From: a virus | Lineage: Duplodnaviria; Caudoviricetes | DNA: 52,090 bases | Virus record (IMG/VR): IMGVR_UViG_3300025697_000033 | Location: 1-52,090 of that record | Strand: one strand, 5' to 3' | In this document: piece by piece, positions 9,267 through 18,688 of the stretch | Layout of the letters: each line of letters starts with the position of its first letter | Numbering within the stretch: the first letter of the stretch is position 1 | Notes under the pieces: generated by a model | Seen by the model: the letters and a program-made list of their open reading frames with translations, nothing else | The model's database searches: none | What the model was told of the DNA's origin: nothing | Translations under genes and position numbers: made by a program

Positions 9267-11093
9267 CTACAACCTCCGCCCGCGCCGGCCAAGCCCGTTC
9301 TGGATCCTGTCAGCGAGAATATCACCCAGCATGTTAGCGTCCATCGGGCTATTGACCGTCATCCCCGGCATGTTGACCGTGACGGGGTTTCCGCCCCCGC
9401 CGCCTGCTCCGCCCCCGCCGCCTGCTCCGCCCCCGCCGCCTGCTCCGCCGCCGCCGCTTAGTGCTGGAGCTGGACCACGCAGAAGCCCAGCGCCAGCCCC
9501 CGCACTCAAAATAGATCCGAGAGGTCCAGGCAACAGAGCGCTCCCTATGCCAGCAAGCAAGAAAGGCAATTCGGCGGCCTTGGAAACAAGGAAGGAAATC
9601 ATTCTGAGTATGTCATTCGTGATGTTGTTAAAAATATTCAACACGCCAAGCCAGATATTGATAAACGCATTCCCCGCCGCGATCCAGTTTCCTTCCCATA
9701 GGTTGGAAAAGATGGCGAAAAAATCTTCCGTGAGAATGATGATTTCATTCCAATTTGAAGCGATAACCGCCACAACCGCGCCTATCGCAACGCCCACGCC
9801 AGCAATGGCCGCCGCCACGACAAGCCCGCCGGACGTGATAGCGCCAAAGAGAGCAATAAGGCCGGGAAGCGCAATCAGTAAAGGACCAAGAACAAGCATT
9901 AGAGCGCCAACGGCACCAACAATGACAATGATGGTTTGTGTCAACATCGGATTTGCTTTTGCCCATTCGGCAATACGGCCAAGAATTGGCGCGATAAACC
10001 TCGCAATAGCCCCAAGTGCGGGAATAAGCGCTTGGCCTATAGGGATCATGACAGACTCAATAGCGCTTCCAAGAAGTTTTAGCTGCCCCTGCAGGGTGTT
10101 TAGCTGCTTCTCGGCTGTCTCTTTTGCCGCACCGCCCGCGTTGTTCAGGCTTTCCGTCAATCCATTGATCTTGCCTATATCTTCAGTTATCGACGCGGCC
10201 ACAACGCCATTCCGCTTTCCAAACGCTTCCATTATTTGCGTGGCCGTTGCGCCTTTTGAACTCAAAAAATCAAATGATTCCGCTACTGTTCGGTTCTCAA
10301 AGTCCAAGTCTTCCAGAGTTAGCCCAAGATCACTAAGCAGCGTGTTTAGCCCGTTAGAGCCTACAGCAAGCTCTAACATAATGTTTCGTAAAGCTGTTGC
10401 TGAAGTGCTTGCGTCGATCCCCTTGTCGAAGAGGCTAGACAGTATCGCCGTCACCTCTTCAAGCGGCACGTTCAACTGCTTTGCCGCCGTGGCAACAATA
10501 GGCATTGCCACTGAAAACTTATCCATGCTTGCGGCGCTGCTGCCATTTGCCTTCGTGAAAACATCCGCTATCCGGGCCGTCTCCACATTCGCAAGGCCAA
10601 AGCCCTTTAGTGTTGCTGTGACGATTTCCGTGGTTGTGGCGAGGTCAAATTGAGAAGCGGCTGCAAGGTCAAGGATGGGTTGCAACTCAGCCACGCTCAT
10701 GGATGCAACATCAAAACCCTTGCTACTCAGATCAAAGAAAGCATTTGCGGCCTCTGTGGCGCTGAAAACGGTTGTCTGCCCGAGCGTTTGCGCGAGAGCT
10801 TCCATTTTCTTCTTCGCAATCTCAAACTCATTCCCTGTCTTGCCCGTCACCGCAGCCGCGTTTGTGATGGCTTGCTCAAATGTTGCAGCGGCTGATACCG
10901 CTTTCCCCAATGCGCCCGTAATCACCGCCCCCGCAGCCGTCATCGCAAGCCCGACCTTTGGGCCAAGATCGGCAAGCTTTTTCGTGGCCCCTTTGACGGC
11001 GTTGTCTACACTGCGCAAAAAGCCTTTTGAATTGGCGATGATCTCCCAGAAAAGATCTCCGCCTTTTACATCATTCGCCATCAGTTTATCCAA
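9267..11093 (-). CDS. Tape measure protein, TP901 family
   Basis: FEQAITNAAAVTG, TTVFSATEAANAF, ARIADVF, GIDASTSATALR core motifs; hydrophobic C-terminal part. Start may be 11081. Confidence 0.92.
   Translation of the reverse strand: MDKLMANDVKGGDLFWEIIANSKGFLRSVDNAVKGATKKLADLGPKVGLAMTAAGAVITGALGKAVSAAATFEQAITNAAAVTGKTGNEFEIAKKKMEALAQTLGQTTVFSATEAANAFFDLSSKGFDVASMSVAELQPILDLAAASQFDLATTTEIVTATLKGFGLANVETARIADVFTKANGSSAASMDKFSVAMPIVATAAKQLNVPLEEVTAILSSLFDKGIDASTSATALRNIMLELAVGSNGLNTLLSDLGLTLEDLDFENRTVAESFDFLSSKGATATQIMEAFGKRNGVVAASITEDIGKINGLTESLNNAGGAAKETAEKQLNTLQGQLKLLGSAIESVMIPIGQALIPALGAIARFIAPILGRIAEWAKANPMLTQTIIVIVGAVGALMLVLGPLLIALPGLIALFGAITSGGLVVAAAIAGVGVAIGAVVAVIASNWNEIIILTEDFFAIFSNLWEGNWIAAGNAFINIWLGVLNIFNNITNDILRMISFLVSKAAELPFLLAGIGSALLPGPLGSILSAGAGAGLLRGPAPALSGGGGAGGGGGAGGGGGAGGGGGNPVTVNMPGMTVNSPMDANMLGDILADRIQNGLGRRGRRL
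9391..9456. repeat. 18-bp tandem repeat encoding (GGGGGA)n in tape measure C-terminus
   Basis: ccgcccccgccgcctgct, three full copies plus a partial one. Confidence 0.85.
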
Positions 11094-11304
11094 TCATTGT
11101 AGTTCATGGTTGTGCGGTTCTGGGTCCGCTGGCCGCCGCTCTTTTTCTCCGCCTTCTTCTTCGCGGCCGCATAGGCGGCTTCGTCATCTTCCGTCAACTC
11201 ATTGCAGACCTCCAGCGCGGCCCAATATTGCGGCCACGTCCAGGTGTTTAGGATTCGGAAGGGGTCGCATCCGAACCGTTCCCCAAGACGGAAGACATTT
11301 TTGA
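11081..11304 (-). CDS. Tail assembly chaperone extension (T part), likely made by -1 frameshift
   Basis: The -1 frame is open across the end of the upstream gene (FRLGERFGCDPFRILNTWTWPQYW); candidate slip site TCAAAAAT at 11304-11297. Confidence 0.6.
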
Positions 11305-11739
11305 GGAGACCATTTCTTGAAGCTTGTCCTTGCCCATGATCTTCTCGGCGGCTTCGAGTTTCTTCATGTTCCGATCCGTCTCCGCTTCCTCTTGCGCCTG
11401 CTTCTCGGCGCGGGCTTCCGCTAAAGGGTCGTTCAGCCTCAAGATCGCCTTGAACGCATTGACCACCTGCACGCCGCTTGCGCTCTTCTGGATCGCCTCG
11501 GTCGGCCAATCCTCGGAGTACTCCAACAAACAATCCATGATTGCCCGCAGGCTTTGGGCGGTGCCCGTTTCGGTGTAATCGCTAAACAGCTTTTCAGCCG
11601 CTTCAAACCATTCCATCCCTTCGATCATGGGAAGCGCCTTGGCATTAATGGGCGTGTCTCGATTGACATGGCCGTCGTGCGCTGAAATGTTCATGATCAC
11701 AACGGGTTTGTTCGTGGTTTTCGGCAAGTCAATGGACAT
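11248..11739 (-). CDS. Tail assembly chaperone (G-like)
   Basis: Between major tail and tape measure genes; AAGGAG RBS. Confidence 0.7.
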   Translation of the reverse strand: MSIDLPKTTNKPVVIMNISAHDGHVNRDTPINAKALPMIEGMEWFEAAEKLFSDYTETGTAQSLRAIMDCLLEYSEDWPTEAIQKSASGVQVVNAFKAILRLNDPLAEARAEKQAQEEAETDRNMKKLEAAEKIMGKDKLQEMVSSKMSSVLGNGSDATPSES

Positions 11740-11750
11740 TCAAGTTCTCC

Positions 11751-12305
11751 TTAGCTTTGGTCGTAGTTGTAGCGCCACCAGCCGCCCGCAATGGTTGCGG
11801 TCGCGCATGGGGTCACAATGAAGTCCGTCTTGTTCACGGAGCCTTCATCGCCCTCGTAGTCGCCGGTGAATCCCGTGATGGCAACATCGCAGTTCGGGAA
11901 GTAGTCTACCCACAGACCATTTACCTCCACCCACACGGTGCGCTTGGTTAGCGTATCTAAAAGTTTCGTGATGTGAGAATCGACCTCCACGGAGCTTGCC
12001 ATTTCAAAAAGCTCTTTCCTCCCGTCATAGCATGAAAAGGTGAGTTCATCCACGCCGTTCCGAAAGAGCACAATGTCTTCGCGTGTCAAGCTCCTGGGCG
12101 GCATCACTTGGCCTTTTTCATTCATAAAGCTGACCCCAACGCTTCCGCCGTCCAGGTCCGCGTCATCGTCGCCCTGGGACCGCCCGATTGTGACATAGCC
12201 GCTGGTGTCCGCCATGTTGGATCCGACTTCCGCCGGGATGGACGGGATAGCTGTTTCGGCTGTCGTGTGGATGCCGATTCGGTTGATAAAATTCGTTCCT
12301 GCCAT
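11751..12305 (-). CDS. Major tail tube protein
   Basis: 184 aa beta-rich acidic protein in the canonical position. Confidence 0.65.
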   Translation of the reverse strand: MAGTNFINRIGIHTTAETAIPSIPAEVGSNMADTSGYVTIGRSQGDDDADLDGGSVGVSFMNEKGQVMPPRSLTREDIVLFRNGVDELTFSCYDGRKELFEMASSVEVDSHITKLLDTLTKRTVWVEVNGLWVDYFPNCDVAITGFTGDYEGDEGSVNKTDFIVTPCATATIAGGWWRYNYDQS

Positions 12306-12311
12306 TTGCCT

Positions 12312-12740
12312 CTAGGCTCCTATTTGAGTTGTGATTCTGTATCTCGCGATGGCGACCGGCCAACCCGTCACCGGTTCCGGCGGCCCTTGAAATGAGCTTG
12401 TCATTTGCGCCATGCACAATAATCCGCTTGCCGTTTCTTTCAACCGCGCATTATGCAAATACTGGTAGAGCGCCTTGCGCACGTTCCGCGCCGCCGTGTA
12501 TCCAATTTCGCCGCCGTAGCACTTGAACACCACCGCGATGCTTTCCAGTGCTCCCGTGATGTGGGAGCTTCCGGTTTCCGCATGGAACACGATGCCTTTG
12601 TGCTCGTTTTCAAATTTCGGCGGAGCCACGGGCGTGCTGAAATAATTGCCGCCCATGAAGTCCCGCAAGTTCACACCGTCAACGCCGAGAAAATCCGGGT
12701 CTTGCAGATATTCATCCACTATGTCAATCGGCTCAGTCAT
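12312..12740 (-). CDS. Tail terminator protein
   Basis: Size and synteny between HK97 gp10-like gene and tail tube gene. Confidence 0.6.
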   Translation of the reverse strand: MTEPIDIVDEYLQDPDFLGVDGVNLRDFMGGNYFSTPVAPPKFENEHKGIVFHAETGSSHITGALESIAVVFKCYGGEIGYTAARNVRKALYQYLHNARLKETASGLLCMAQMTSSFQGPPEPVTGWPVAIARYRITTQIGA

Positions 12741-13050
12741 CGTACAACTTCCCGCGACTTACAAGGTCGTTCACTGTTTCCTGGACTGCCGGTGCTAGGA
12801 ACGGTTGCGCGGCCATCTTCGAGGTGCCGAGTTCAACGTAGGCGCCATAGCCCGCCGTGGTTTGAATAACCAAGCCGCCATCTTTTACTGTCCTTTTTAT
12901 GTTTCGCTTCAAATTTCCCGTATCAACCACAACAAGATTTCGCGCCCGCAACACAACCCGTTTTGCAAATTCGTCCATGTTGGTGCCGACAATCTTCTTC
13001 ACCGCCTTCATCATGTTTCGATTCGGGCGTATTTTGACATTACCTGCCAT
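12733..13050 (-). CDS. HK97 gp10-like neck/tail completion protein
   Basis: VDTGNLKRNI and YGAYVELGTSKMAAQPFLAPA signatures. Confidence 0.9.
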   Translation of the reverse strand: MAGNVKIRPNRNMMKAVKKIVGTNMDEFAKRVVLRARNLVVVDTGNLKRNIKRTVKDGGLVIQTTAGYGAYVELGTSKMAAQPFLAPAVQETVNDLVSRGKLYDD

Positions 13051-13052
13051 GG

Positions 13053-13544
13053 CTAACCGAAGATCATTTCGTACTTGAACGGCTGAACAGCGGTTCCCGC
13101 AAAGTCAATTTCATCCGCCGATCCCGCCGCCACATCCGGGGTTGCGTCGTTGCCGTAATACATCACATACTGTCCAGGACTAAGAACCGTAGTCCACCCC
13201 GCGCCGCCCAAAAGATAGGGGTTGGAGGCCCCAAACTTCACCGTGATGGTGTTGGCGTTCGTGCTCGGGTTCTCGAATCGCGCCACTTGGCATTTCAGTC
13301 CAGTGGCGTCAATCACGCCGCCATTAGTGCCTTCTGCGAGCGCAGTAAGATCAAGCGTTTTTGCTCCGCCGGAAAGCGCCACGGAACCGCCCGCATATAA
13401 GGTAATGGGCGGCGTTGAGGCGGATGTAAGAGCCACCGTTTTGTCAAGACCGGTATGATTGACGGTATTATTGGAGCCGATGCTGTCACCGGTAAATGTT
13501 TCGGTGCAATTGATCGTGCTCGCCACTGTTGCTGTTACGCTCAT
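13053..13544 (-). CDS. Putative virion structural protein
   Basis: Thr/Gly-rich beta protein within the neck module. Confidence 0.5.
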   Translation of the reverse strand: MSVTATVASTINCTETFTGDSIGSNNTVNHTGLDKTVALTSASTPPITLYAGGSVALSGGAKTLDLTALAEGTNGGVIDATGLKCQVARFENPSTNANTITVKFGASNPYLLGGAGWTTVLSPGQYVMYYGNDATPDVAAGSADEIDFAGTAVQPFKYEMIFG

Positions 13545-13555
13545 AGTTCAAACTC

Positions 13556-13948
13556 CTATTCGGCGCTTGTGCCGATGATTCGTTTCAAATTCACCACGAA
13601 GGCGCTTACCCCAAGCCGGGGCGTGCCTTCGATCTTGTAGTCTTCTTCCGGGCTTATCGCCGTCCCGAACCGCTCTGTCATCCTGATTCGGTCTATGTGG
13701 ATCAAGCTGCTCGCCACGGGCAAGCGCAATGTCGCGTCGAAGTCGGGCACCTGCGTCCCGTCCGGTATTTCGCCCGAGCGCGTAGGCTTGAACCCGCATG
13801 AGATTTCATCGCCGAAAGCATAGGTGCTGCCGCCCGGATCGTCACTCCATTCTGCTTTTGTCGCGACCCCGATCTTGCAAGAGTCCAGCATGGTCTCTTC
13901 GGCTGCCGCCGTGATGCCCGTCTTTTCGCATGTGCTCAAAGGATTCAA
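13556..13948 (-). CDS. Head closure (stopper) protein
   Basis: ATLRLP...IDRIR...YKIEG pattern and synteny. Confidence 0.6.
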   Translation of the reverse strand: MNPLSTCEKTGITAAAEETMLDSCKIGVATKAEWSDDPGGSTYAFGDEISCGFKPTRSGEIPDGTQVPDFDATLRLPVASSLIHIDRIRMTERFGTAISPEEDYKIEGTPRLGVSAFVVNLKRIIGTSAE

Positions 13949-14445
13949 TTGGCATTCCCCTGGCTCTCTAATTCAAGACTCGGAAAAATCCGAGTTTCTT
14001 GGAATATGGTTCCGTTTTGGTCTCTATAGCGTTCCACCGTTTGCAACTCAACCGAGCCGATTCTTGCTCTGGCCCGGAAATGCGCGGCGCGGCTTTCATA
14101 ATGCTTTGTCAATTGACTGCGTTTCAGGTTGGAGCCGTCGGCGGAAAAGTCATAATTGCACCCAACCGCCGCCGCCTTTTCATCCCAGATGTCCGCCGCC
14201 GCCGCGTTCAAGTCATAGGTCGGAATCCAATTGTCCTGCTGCGTCCGTGTCGGCGGTTCCGTGCTCGAGTCGAACCAATAGGGATCAAGCCCACGATCAT
14301 CCGTCACGGCCCGATCCGATATTGCGGCTTCAATCAATGTGTCGGTGTAGGGATCGGCGGTCGATTCCGCAACCATGCGCCGCAACTTTGCAATCGTGTC
14401 AGCGTCAATTGACGGCGTGGTGATTGGTGTGCCTGTCGCGCCCAT
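13945..14445 (-). CDS. Head-tail adaptor protein
   Basis: LRRMVAE...YTDTLI, YDLNAAAADIWDEKA, FSADG pattern and synteny. Confidence 0.65.
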   Translation of the reverse strand: MGATGTPITTPSIDADTIAKLRRMVAESTADPYTDTLIEAAISDRAVTDDRGLDPYWFDSSTEPPTRTQQDNWIPTYDLNAAAADIWDEKAAAVGCNYDFSADGSNLKRSQLTKHYESRAAHFRARARIGSVELQTVERYRDQNGTIFQETRIFPSLELESQGNAN

Positions 14446-14510
14446 GCGTCCACCTGTTCCTGTTTTTACTTAGGCCCGCCGCCACGGGAGGATAGCGGCG
14501 GGCCAAGCGG

Positions 14511-14918
14511 TTAAACTCGGACGTACTCCAACAGGAGCTTTCCGGTGAGCCCGGCGGTAGTCGCCGAACCTGTAAGGGTCAGTTTTAGGGCCGCAGTCCA
14601 CGTTGCAACACCCGCGTCGGCAGTTTTCGCCGTCACCTGGACGGTATTGCCGTTGTAGATGGTGCCGGAAGCGTCGGCGTTGACGTCCAAAGCATTCAGG
14701 ATGTCGGTGGCCGCAGCCGCCGCCGTGGTGATGCCTACGCTCAACGTCGCAGCGCCTGTGGACTTGGTGGTCATGATGAACGTGGACTTGATGATTTTAA
14801 GACTCACGCCCTCGGGGTTGTCGATAGAGCCGAGTCCCGCGTTTGCAGCGGAGGCTGCACCAGTAATGTCATACTGGAGGCAACCGCCGTTCGGTGTGTT
14901 ATTGATTGCGGTAGTCAT
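14511..14918 (-). CDS. Capsid decoration/cement-like protein
   Basis: 135 aa Ala/Thr-rich, ends GKLLLEYV, downstream of capsid gene. Confidence 0.5.
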   Translation of the reverse strand: MTTAINNTPNGGCLQYDITGAASAANAGLGSIDNPEGVSLKIIKSTFIMTTKSTGAATLSVGITTAAAAATDILNALDVNADASGTIYNGNTVQVTAKTADAGVATWTAALKLTLTGSATTAGLTGKLLLEYVRV

Positions 14919-14934
14919 GTTCAGCTACCTCCTT

Positions 14935-15882
14935 TTAGGTTGTGGGTGCGGTGTCAACGCCAGCGCCCGCGTCAGGTGCCGGAGCAGTCAGGTGAAGGTG
15001 AGTTACGGTGTCGGCCCAGCCATCAATTCCGACAAGCTGATTAAGCCCGCGCAGAATAATGTCATAGGTTGCGGTGCCGCCAATCTCAAACGCATTGGCC
15101 AAGGTTGCGGCCCAATTCACGCTCTGGTTGTGGAAGACGCAATCATCAAACTCAAACCATCCAGCGGCCCCGGCATCCTGAGACACCATGAACTTGCCCG
15201 CTGTTTCGCTTGCACTGGTAAAACGACAGTGGATAAACAGCGCCTTGGAAGCAGGCGAGGCAAGCCAAAGCTCAGCATTCGCAGCGGCTCGGACAATGGT
15301 GTCCAGGCCAATCGCGCAATCCTTGAAAACGCATTCAGAGCTTGCGACCTTGAGTGACCAACTTCCCGCTCTCGCCGCAGGGGTCGCATGGCCCATGCCC
15401 GCGATGAAGCAGTTCTCGAAGTAGTTGCGATGCCCGGTCACAATCACCGCGCCGCTGTCAACGTCCGCGTCTGACTCATTCATAAACTGGATGTTCTTGA
15501 CGATGCAACCGTCGCCGGATAGCGTCATCACATTCACCAAGTCGCCAGCGGCAACCGCGTTAAGGCGGCAACGCTGCCCAATGCCGGGGATCGGCGCGGA
15601 CATGCCCACAAGGTGGGTGTAGTCCTTGGCCCATGTCAGGATCGCGGACTGCGTGTCAGCGGTAGGCCCGCCAACCATCACAACCGCGTCATTTTGATTC
15701 GTTGTGCATTTGGCGTAAGCAGCGGCGACAGTCGCAAGCGGGCGCTCAAAGCTGGTGCCGGGATTGTCGTCGTCACCATCCCCGCCTGTAAGCGGGTCAA
15801 CGATGTAGATTTGTGAGTTAGGCCCGCTCGGAATGCCGAGGGCATCCAGGTATTGTCGGGCGGCTCGTGGGAAAAGCCCCAT
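14935..15882 (-). CDS. Right-handed beta-helix (pectin-lyase-like) head-associated protein
   Basis: IYIVD..GDDDNPGTSFERPLATVAAAY N-terminal motif and repeated F.NC.F coils. Confidence 0.65.
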   Translation of the reverse strand: MGLFPRAARQYLDALGIPSGPNSQIYIVDPLTGGDGDDDNPGTSFERPLATVAAAYAKCTTNQNDAVVMVGGPTADTQSAILTWAKDYTHLVGMSAPIPGIGQRCRLNAVAAGDLVNVMTLSGDGCIVKNIQFMNESDADVDSGAVIVTGHRNYFENCFIAGMGHATPAARAGSWSLKVASSECVFKDCAIGLDTIVRAAANAELWLASPASKALFIHCRFTSASETAGKFMVSQDAGAAGWFEFDDCVFHNQSVNWAATLANAFEIGGTATYDIILRGLNQLVGIDGWADTVTHLHLTAPAPDAGAGVDTAPTT

Positions 15883-15947
15883 GATTCATGTCCTTTCTGC
15901 GGTGACTGGCCGGGGGTTTTCACCCCCGACTCTGCCCGCAATATTGG

Positions 15948-16931
15948 TTAAGCCGTCAACGTGGCGAATTCACAGCGAGTGGTGTCGTCCTCGTTGACCA
16001 TGTTGATTTGATTCGGAAGGCTCACACCGAGCCGCATAGTCACCTGCAGGGCGATCATGCCGCGCTGCGCAAGGTTGAATGTCACGTTACCCGCAGCGTC
16101 GGTTAGTGTCGCTTCCTTGAGGATGTTGACATCAACATCTTGCCGGATGCTGTACACCAATCGAGACCAGTCACCCGCGATAAGCAGGCTTGAGGCTGCA
16201 ACGACTCCGCCGTTTCTGGGATACAGAATCGGCATGCCGTCCAGTTCGCCCGTCACAAATGTGTCGTTTACCTGATTCCCATTGTGGAAAATGGGCTGTC
16301 CGTTCGCGTCGCGGGTGTTGCGGAGCTTGCCTTTCATCGTAAGGTGCCCGACGTAGCCGGTGGCAAAGAACCCGTCCGCTTCGAGCAGCATGCTCAACCC
16401 GTCGTCGCCGTTTGCTTTCTCGCCGAGAATAGCTTCGTATTCGTCGGTGTACTCGGCAAGACTGATGGTATGCCCAGCCGCCGTGCATCGCGCCACAAGT
16501 CCAGCGGCGCCGATATTCGTGGTCCACGACGCGGGAATACCCGTACCATAGTAGACAGCCCGGTCAATGGTTTTTCCAATCGCCGCGATGATTCGGGGTG
16601 TCAACATTCCGATCATGTCGAAACCGGTGTCAGCCAAAACCTTTTTGGGAATTGGGACGATGACCGCCACTTCTTCCGCGTCAACGTATTTGTTGGTCCA
16701 GTCCGCGTCATCCGTCTGTTGAAGGCCCGTGTCGCCGTCAACGAAATATGCTTCGATAATGCTGCCCAAAACGGGGAGCCTTGTTTGATTCGTCGGCATG
16801 TCCGCCAAGCGCTGGGCCATGGCCAGGACAGTGCTATTTTCAGGCAAGTCTTTGAGCATCACGGCAGAGACGTTTTCCGCAATGAGTGCCTCGGCTTCGC
16901 TCCTACTAATTGATTCGTTAAATCCGGCCAT
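15948..16931 (-). CDS. Major capsid protein (HK97 fold)
   Basis: AEEVAVIVPIPKKVLAD, LRNTRDANGQPIF, LDGMPI, GDWSRLVYSIRQD, NLAQRGMIAL motifs. Confidence 0.93.
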   Translation of the reverse strand: MAGFNESISRSEAEALIAENVSAVMLKDLPENSTVLAMAQRLADMPTNQTRLPVLGSIIEAYFVDGDTGLQQTDDADWTNKYVDAEEVAVIVPIPKKVLADTGFDMIGMLTPRIIAAIGKTIDRAVYYGTGIPASWTTNIGAAGLVARCTAAGHTISLAEYTDEYEAILGEKANGDDGLSMLLEADGFFATGYVGHLTMKGKLRNTRDANGQPIFHNGNQVNDTFVTGELDGMPILYPRNGGVVAASSLLIAGDWSRLVYSIRQDVDVNILKEATLTDAAGNVTFNLAQRGMIALQVTMRLGVSLPNQINMVNEDDTTRCEFATLTA

Positions 16932-16949
16932 TATTTGGCCCTCCTTTGG

Positions 16950-17501
16950 CTATCCAGCAAGAATTCTCAACGCAGCGTTGGGATCGCTGGTAGCGTTTGT
17001 TTGGTCCGTGCCTTCGCCCGCATGCGCTTGCGCGGACTTGGTGGCGAAGAACAGAGGATAATCTTCCTTGAATTTTGCGAGTTGAAGCCGCCCGCCCTTG
17101 ATGTAGCCCTTGGCTGACGCAACCAAGAAAGCAGCGTCCATACTCTGGATTCCTGATTCGTGCGCATCTTGTGCGAAATTGGCTTTCATTTCAGCCTCGT
17201 CAATTCGCGCCTGCGACTCTTCGGTCTGTTTCTTGGATTGCGCAGTGAGTGCCGCGATCTTTTCATCCGCGCTTTTCGCGGCGTTGGCTATGATCGCGTC
17301 GTGCTCTTTTTTGTAAGTCGCTTGCATTTGCGCAACGCGGCGGTCGGCCTCGCTTTCCACCTTCTGAGCTACTTGCTCAGCGGTGAACGTTTCAACTTTC
17401 TTGTCGGCTTTGTCAGTCTTTGGCGCGTCTTGTCCGTCTTTGGCCCCGGTGCTATCCGTTGCCGCGTCGTCCTTGTCGCCCTTATCCTGTGCGTCTGCCA
17501 T
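16950..17501 (-). CDS. Capsid scaffolding protein
   Basis: Acidic N-terminus, TFTAEQV motif, coiled coil, YPLFF near C-terminus; precedes capsid gene. Confidence 0.8.
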   Translation of the reverse strand: MADAQDKGDKDDAATDSTGAKDGQDAPKTDKADKKVETFTAEQVAQKVESEADRRVAQMQATYKKEHDAIIANAAKSADEKIAALTAQSKKQTEESQARIDEAEMKANFAQDAHESGIQSMDAAFLVASAKGYIKGGRLQLAKFKEDYPLFFATKSAQAHAGEGTDQTNATSDPNAALRILAG

Positions 17502-17534
17502 GATCTTGGTCCTTTTCTTTTGGTGTCTTAAAAC

Positions 17535-17630
17535 AAAAAACGCCACATCCCGGCAAATACCGGTCTGTGGCGTGACTCTCAAAAAGAAAACGCCGACGGT
17601 TAGCTTTCGCTAAACATCGGCGTGGCTCTC
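17535..17630 (-). promoter_or_regulatory. Two tandem hairpins GAGAG(C/T)CACGCC...GGCGTTTT upstream of scaffold gene
   Basis: Units 17581-17630 and 17535-17580 share the 5' motif, stem base and U-tract but have different apical stems. Confidence 0.6.
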
Positions 17631-17684
17631 GTGGTGGGGAGTATGAACCTCCTCACAAGCGGGTTTCCCCGTCTCAGGTGTGGC

Positions 17685-18131
17685 CTATTTCTTCAACTTT
17701 GAATTGTGGTGTGAAACCATCTTGTCGATGTATTTCAAAGCCGCGTCGAGCGTCCTGCGCAAATTGCCCAAATATTGTCTTGAGGGCAACGGCATGTCCG
17801 CTCCTGTTTCTGAGTCTAACACGGGTTCCGCCAGTTTGTCAAGAGGCATGTTGGCAAGTTTCTTTTCTTCCACTTTCTCACGAAACTGCGAAGTGTAGCT
17901 TTGAGGGGTTTCCTGCTCGCTGTCGTTCGCGGGCGAAGAGGCTTTCTCCGGCTCGGTTTGGATTGCGCCGCCCACGCCCGCAGAGACTTCGGTATTCGTG
18001 TTTGCTTCGTCCTCCATGCCGCCATCAACGGCGGCGCCCTCCATCGCTGCGGGGGTTGTAGCTTTCGACGGTTCCTTGGCCGCCGCTTTCTTTTTCGGTT
18101 TCTTAGGGGTTGTCTTGCGTGATCGTACCAT
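17685..18131 (-). CDS. Hypothetical protein, basic N-terminus then acidic low-complexity region
   Basis: GGAGG RBS; coupled to upstream stop. Confidence 0.6.
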   Translation of the reverse strand: MVRSRKTTPKKPKKKAAAKEPSKATTPAAMEGAAVDGGMEDEANTNTEVSAGVGGAIQTEPEKASSPANDSEQETPQSYTSQFREKVEEKKLANMPLDKLAEPVLDSETGADMPLPSRQYLGNLRRTLDAALKYIDKMVSHHNSKLKK

Positions 18132-18688
18132 TATTCGCCTCCCTTGGGTTGGTTGTTTCGTTGTCTATTAGCAGTATGGTTATCCACGGCTTCTCGCCAG
18201 TTTCGCAGGGCTTGGATCTCAGTATCTCCACGCGCAAGCGGCGCGGTGAAATCATCCAATACGGCTGCGGCGTATTGATTGCCATAAGGAAGTTTCATAA
18301 CGTCTGGACAATAGCCTTGATACTCCTGAAGTAGCCCCCAAAGCTCCCCTTTGGGCTTCTCAGCGGCTTTGTTGCTAAATTGCTCAACAAGCTTGTCGGC
18401 TGCCTTGCCTTTCCTCCCTCTAAAAATTGATTTCAGCGCATCAACCATATCGCGTATTTTACTCATGCTTCGTCTCCCTTGGGTTGGTCTTCCAATTGCA
18501 ATCTCAAGCTCACTTAATATCTTGTCTTCCCCCGACTCCCATGAATAAACGCATCCTTCCCCAGATATAATATCAGAGGCGTCCCTAATTTCATCACACA
18601 AAGCCTCATCGTCTTTTGCAATGCATCTATGGCATGCACACCATTTCCCTATCAATACACCCTTGGATGTCTGGATAATATTCATCAT
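18131..18688 (-). CDS. Hypothetical protein
   Basis: ATGA overlap with minor capsid gene; may be two fused units. Confidence 0.5.
   Translation of the reverse strand: MMNIIQTSKGVLIGKWCACHRCIAKDDEALCDEIRDASDIISGEGCVYSWESGEDKILSELEIAIGRPTQGRRSMSKIRDMVDALKSIFRGRKGKAADKLVEQFSNKAAEKPKGELWGLLQEYQGYCPDVMKLPYGNQYAAAVLDDFTAPLARGDTEIQALRNWREAVDNHTANRQRNNQPKGGE

Noticed and set aside
9250-10653. 467-aa plus-strand ORF and other long antisense ORFs over structural genes
   Set aside because: These are shadow frames of GC-rich minus-strand genes with clear motifs.
14473-14505. Intrinsic terminator after the decoration gene
   Set aside because: Strong hairpin but no U-tract on the coding strand; it may be a stabilising stem.
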